A stretch of 64,000 bases of DNA from Bacteroidales bacterium (GTDB lineage Bacteria; Bacteroidota; Bacteroidia; Bacteroidales; Muribaculaceae). Shown piece by piece: positions 60,396-64,000 of the stretch. The position numbers and the translations under genes are program-made. The DNA lies in NCBI GenBank assembly GCA_015061085.1, contig SUXG01000007.1, positions 22,143-86,142 of the forward strand, in the 5' to 3' direction. How positions within the stretch are numbered: position 1 is the stretch's first letter; every line of letters starts with the position of its first letter. The notes beneath the pieces are model-generated. The model did no database searches. It was not told the origin of the DNA and was given only the letters and a program-made list of their open reading frames with translations.

Positions 60396-61718
60396 ATGAC
60401 ACATCAGAGAATAATCCTACTAATGTCAATTTTTATGACACTTATGTGCAAGGCACAACCGTTAACGATAGACGATTGCATGCGTTATGCAGTTGAGCAT
60501 TCCACAACAGTTGGGAAGCAACGTCTTTCGGCAGATGATAATCAAGCTAATTATAATGAGGCAGTAGCTTCATTATTCCCCTCATTGAATGCCAATGTCG
60601 GAGCTTCAACAAATTTCGGTCGTGGTATTGACCCTGCAACAAACTCTTATACTAATGTGACCACATTCAGCAATTCGTATGGAGTCAGTTTGCAAATGGC
60701 CCTCTTCGATGGTTTGCGAGGTATCAACACCATGAGAGCAATGAATGTGGCTCGCAAAAAAGGCCTGGTCGATAGTCAGATAGCGCAAGACGAAGTAGCG
60801 ATGCAAACGCTTTCGGCATACATGGATGTGGTTTATTACACCGAAGCCGTAAAAATAGCAAAAGAGCAGTTGGAAGCATCACGCAAAACATTAGAGTTCA
60901 CTCAACGACAATTCGACCTCGGACTAAAAACTTCAACTGATGTAGCAGAGATTGAATCACAGGAAGCAAATTATGATTATCTGCTCATAACCGAAGAGAA
61001 CAATCTTGCTCTTGCATATATAAAGTTGCGTGAAGTAATGAACTATCCACAAGACCAAGAATTACAAATTGTAACCGACATCGATTTGGAAATACTTCCA
61101 ACAGCAACATCAGAGAAAGCATTGGTAGATTATGCGTTGGCAAACAATCCTCGCGTTGCAGCCAGTCGCCATTTTACCGAGCAACAACGCTTGAATCTCA
61201 AACGAGCTAAAGGCAGTTTTCTCCCATCACTATATCTTTATGGTGGTTACAACACCTCATATTTTATCGACTTTGACAACAAACCAGCTTACGATCCATT
61301 TGGCACACAGTTTCGTAACAACCGAGGTGGCTACATTCAGCTATCATTGTCAATACCTATCTTCAACGGTTTGTCAATACAATCATCAAGTCGCCGAGCC
61401 AAGAATGCCTATCATGTGGCACAATTGGAGCAAGAGACCGTAGAGCGTGCAGTAGAGAGCGAAGTTTCGCAAACATGGCAAGAGATGCAAGGCTACAGCA
61501 AGCAATATGTGCAAGGCGATAAGAAAGTGCGAGCTGCACAACTTGCCTACGACGGAACAGAGAAAAAGTTTGAAAACGGACTTGTCTCAGCACTTGACTT
61601 GCACACAGCAGCCAACACCTTGTTACAAGCCAAGTCAGATAAACTTCGTGCTTATCTTCAATACATCATCAAGGCACGAATGGTTGACTACTACAATGGG
61701 TTACCACTTATAAAGTAA
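60396..61718 (+). CDS. TolC-family outer-membrane efflux protein
   Basis: Signal peptide, LTIDDC..YA, two OEP repeats (FPSLN, FLPSL, LSIPIFNG). Confidence 0.93.
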   Translation: MTHQRIILLMSIFMTLMCKAQPLTIDDCMRYAVEHSTTVGKQRLSADDNQANYNEAVASLFPSLNANVGASTNFGRGIDPATNSYTNVTTFSNSYGVSLQMALFDGLRGINTMRAMNVARKKGLVDSQIAQDEVAMQTLSAYMDVVYYTEAVKIAKEQLEASRKTLEFTQRQFDLGLKTSTDVAEIESQEANYDYLLITEENNLALAYIKLREVMNYPQDQELQIVTDIDLEILPTATSEKALVDYALANNPRVAASRHFTEQQRLNLKRAKGSFLPSLYLYGGYNTSYFIDFDNKPAYDPFGTQFRNNRGGYIQLSLSIPIFNGLSIQSSSRRAKNAYHVAQLEQETVERAVESEVSQTWQEMQGYSKQYVQGDKKVRAAQLAYDGTEKKFENGLVSALDLHTAANTLLQAKSDKLRAYLQYIIKARMVDYYNGLPLIK

Positions 61719-61753
61719 AAAACAGATACGAACAATAATTAAAACAAAACAAT

Positions 61754-63016
61754 ATGGATATCAAACTTGAAAAGAAAAAAGGGCTTAGAGCCATATTCCA
61801 AAAGAAAAATCTTCCATGGGCGTTGGGAGTAGTTCTACTTGGATTTATAGTTTGGCTATTGCTACGCGACCATTCATCAACTCTGCGTGTTGATACACAA
61901 TTGGTCACTATTGCAAAAGTCGAGAAAGATCAGTTTAACGATTATGTGCGTCTTACAGGTAGCGTCCAGCCTATGACAACTGTTCAGCTCACCCCATTGG
62001 AATCGGGAGTTGTGGAACGAATCGTTGCCGAAGAAGGCTCGACAGTCAAGAAAGGCGATGTAATCCTTGAAATGTCAAATAATTCCCTCTCAATGCAGAT
62101 TTTGCAATCAGAGGCAGACTTGGCAGAGAAACAAAACATCTTGCGAAATACGATGATTTCCATGGAGCAAGAGCGTATATCAATCAGTCAAGAGAAATTG
62201 CAACTCGATTTGGAAGTATCACGAGCAAAGCGTAACTTTGAGCAACAACAAAATCTGTATCGCGACAAATTGATAGCCAAGGAAGATTTTTTGCAAGCCC
62301 AAGAAAACTACAACTTGGCAGTTCGTAAGCGCAATTTAGTGTTGGAACGTCAACGCCAAGATTCTTTATATCGCACATCACAAGTGTCTCAGATGGAAGA
62401 GAACCTACGCTCAATGCAACTCAATATGGAGCTCATTCGTCAGCGTGTTGACAATCTCAAAGTAAAAGCTCCAACCGACGGAGAAATCGGTATGTTGGAC
62501 GCAGTCCTTGGTCAATCATTGACACAAGGAGCTAATATTGGTCAAGTGAATGACCTCACAACTTATAAAGTGCAAGCACAAATCGATGAACATTATATTG
62601 ACCGAGTGACAACAGGTCTATTAGCATCATTTGAGCGTCAGGATAAGAAATATGAAATGCAACTTCGCAAGGTATATCCTGAAGTTCGCAATGGACAGTT
62701 TAAGGCAGATTTTCGCTTTACAGGAGCAGTTCCGGAGAATATTCGTCGCGGTCAAACATATTACCTCAATTTGCAGTTGGGCGAGGCAAGCGAAGCTGTT
62801 TTAATTCCTCGTGGCTCGTTCTATCAGGCGACCGGAGGCAAGTGGATTTACGTAGTTGATGAATCCGGTAAAAAAGCTTATCGTCGAGAAATTAGCATCG
62901 GTCGTCAGAATCCACAGTATTATGAGGTTGTTGAGGGTTTGCAACCCGGAGAAAAAGTTATAACTTCTTCCTACGATAATTTCGGAGAGAATGAAGTGCT
63001 AATATTAAACAGATAG
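61754..63016 (+). CDS. Efflux periplasmic adaptor subunit
   Basis: One TM, lipoyl halves (EGSTVKKGD, VKAPTDGEI), coiled hairpin, EVVEGLQPGEKVI. Confidence 0.93.
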   Translation: MDIKLEKKKGLRAIFQKKNLPWALGVVLLGFIVWLLLRDHSSTLRVDTQLVTIAKVEKDQFNDYVRLTGSVQPMTTVQLTPLESGVVERIVAEEGSTVKKGDVILEMSNNSLSMQILQSEADLAEKQNILRNTMISMEQERISISQEKLQLDLEVSRAKRNFEQQQNLYRDKLIAKEDFLQAQENYNLAVRKRNLVLERQRQDSLYRTSQVSQMEENLRSMQLNMELIRQRVDNLKVKAPTDGEIGMLDAVLGQSLTQGANIGQVNDLTTYKVQAQIDEHYIDRVTTGLLASFERQDKKYEMQLRKVYPEVRNGQFKADFRFTGAVPENIRRGQTYYLNLQLGEASEAVLIPRGSFYQATGGKWIYVVDESGKKAYRREISIGRQNPQYYEVVEGLQPGEKVITSSYDNFGENEVLILNR

Positions 63017-63083
63017 AGAACTTAAGGAATTTAATGAATTTAGTGATTCTCTCTAAATTCATTAAATTCTCTAAACTCCCTAA
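63013..63083. repeat. 9-bp-periodic inverted-repeat hairpin between adaptor and permease genes
   Basis: ATAGAGAAC TTAAGGAAT TTAATGAAT TTAGTGATT / CTAAATTCA TTAAATTCT CTAAACTCC CTAA; 17-bp perfect core pairing 63027-63043 with 63053-63069. Confidence 0.85.
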
Positions 63084-63098
63084 TAAAAACTTACAACT

Positions 63099-64000
63099 AT
63101 GTATATAAGAAACTTTCTAACCCTACTTCGCCGTTACACCACATCGTCAGTGTTGAACATCGTGGGCATGGCAGTAGCCTTTGCGGCGGTCTATTTGATT
63201 GCTGTGCAAGTAAACTTTGACTTATCATACAACCGTGTTATCAAAAACTCAGAGCGCATCTATCGTTTGGAATATCCTTCGTGGGCAATGGATGGTACTT
63301 ACTGGTGTGGCTGGAATAGATCAATACCAGACCAATTGTGTGCAGCGTGTCCTGAAATCGAAGCGGCGGGTTCTATTGATATGGTTATGAACTCAACCTA
63401 TCAAGATGAATACTCCATTAAGCGCAACTCAACTATCGAGAATTTCACGATTAAAGTTGCAGGAGCTGAACTTGAAGGGTTGGCGGTATTTCCATTTGAA
63501 TTTGTGGATGGTGGTATTGACAATAGTTTCAAGGCAAGCTATGGCATGATTATCTCAGAAACTATAGCCAAACGTTACAACTTAAAGGTTGGTGAATATA
63601 TCAACTATGGTCGTGGAGCAGTTAATCCAGCTCAACGCGTCATATCGGGTATTTACCGAGATTTTCCAAAGCCCTCAACAATGTCATTTAGCGAGGGTTA
63701 TGTGCTGATGCCTGAGGCAAAGTTAGAGAATGAAACAGATTGGAGTACAACATACTATGTTCTTCTTCGCGAAAGTGTATCAGTAGAAGATGTTGAAAAG
63801 CGCATGAAGGAATGTGTAGTAGATGATTGCAAAAAGAAAGGATATTCAGAGAAGGAGACTGAGCTACAACTTGCTCGAGTAACGCCACGATTGACTCCCA
63901 TTGCTAATCTCTATTTCGCAGATGATACAATGCCAGAGTATTATCATGGTAGTCGCACGACAACTTATACGCTGATTGCTATTGCAATATTGATTCTTGT
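63099..64000 (+). CDS. MacB/FtsX-like ABC transporter permease (5' part; runs off window end)
   Basis: Not in the ORF track. Manual translation from ATG 63099 gives MYIRNFLTLLRRYTTSSVLNIVGMAVAFAA...DLSYNR...ERIYRLE, the typical Bacteroidales MacB-PCD N-terminus. Confidence 0.88.
   Translation, partial: MYIRNFLTLLRRYTTSSVLNIVGMAVAFAAVYLIAVQVNFDLSYNRVIKNSERIYRLEYPSWAMDGTYWCGWNRSIPDQLCAACPEIEAAGSIDMVMNSTYQDEYSIKRNSTIENFTIKVAGAELEGLAVFPFEFVDGGIDNSFKASYGMIISETIAKRYNLKVGEYINYGRGAVNPAQRVISGIYRDFPKPSTMSFSEGYVLMPEAKLENETDWSTTYYVLLRESVSVEDVEKRMKECVVDDCKKKGYSEKETELQLARVTPRLTPIANLYFADDTMPEYYHGSRTTTYTLIAIAILIL

Overview
AT-rich chromosomal segment of a Bacteroidales bacterium, possibly Muribaculaceae-like (inferred from gene content, TAnnTTTG promoters and A-rich translation starts). 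Most of it is housekeeping and envelope genes: partial atpD, nuoA-B-CD-H, a TonB receptor with lipoprotein, sdaA, rnz, a T9SS adhesin/Omp28-type protein, alpha-2-macroglobulin, an ECF sigma/anti-sigma pair, MATE, ispE, grpE-dnaJ, eno, a small UpxY glycosylation cluster, ruvX, a long RSH, rpmE2, ddh, aspT-aspD, tRNA-His, tilS, an S24 repressor, Fur/PerR with two rubrerythrins, surface proteins, and a sigma54 two-component system with a TolC/ABC exporter. The best candidate for an undescribed system is the islet after tRNA-His. There a ~360-nt leader folds into two long hairpins with complementary loops, the second ending in a U7 terminator, upstream of a lone HsdR-N/PD-(D/E)xK nuclease gene. 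A four-helix-bundle gene and 9-bp-periodic inverted repeats lie next to it, and a similar 9-bp-periodic hairpin occurs at ~63 kb. Other oddities are a four-gene nuo cluster running straight into atpD, probable leaderless mRNAs, sigma54-type promoters, and motif substitutions in DnaJ, A2M and RelA. All product calls come from motif recognition by eye; no database search was run.
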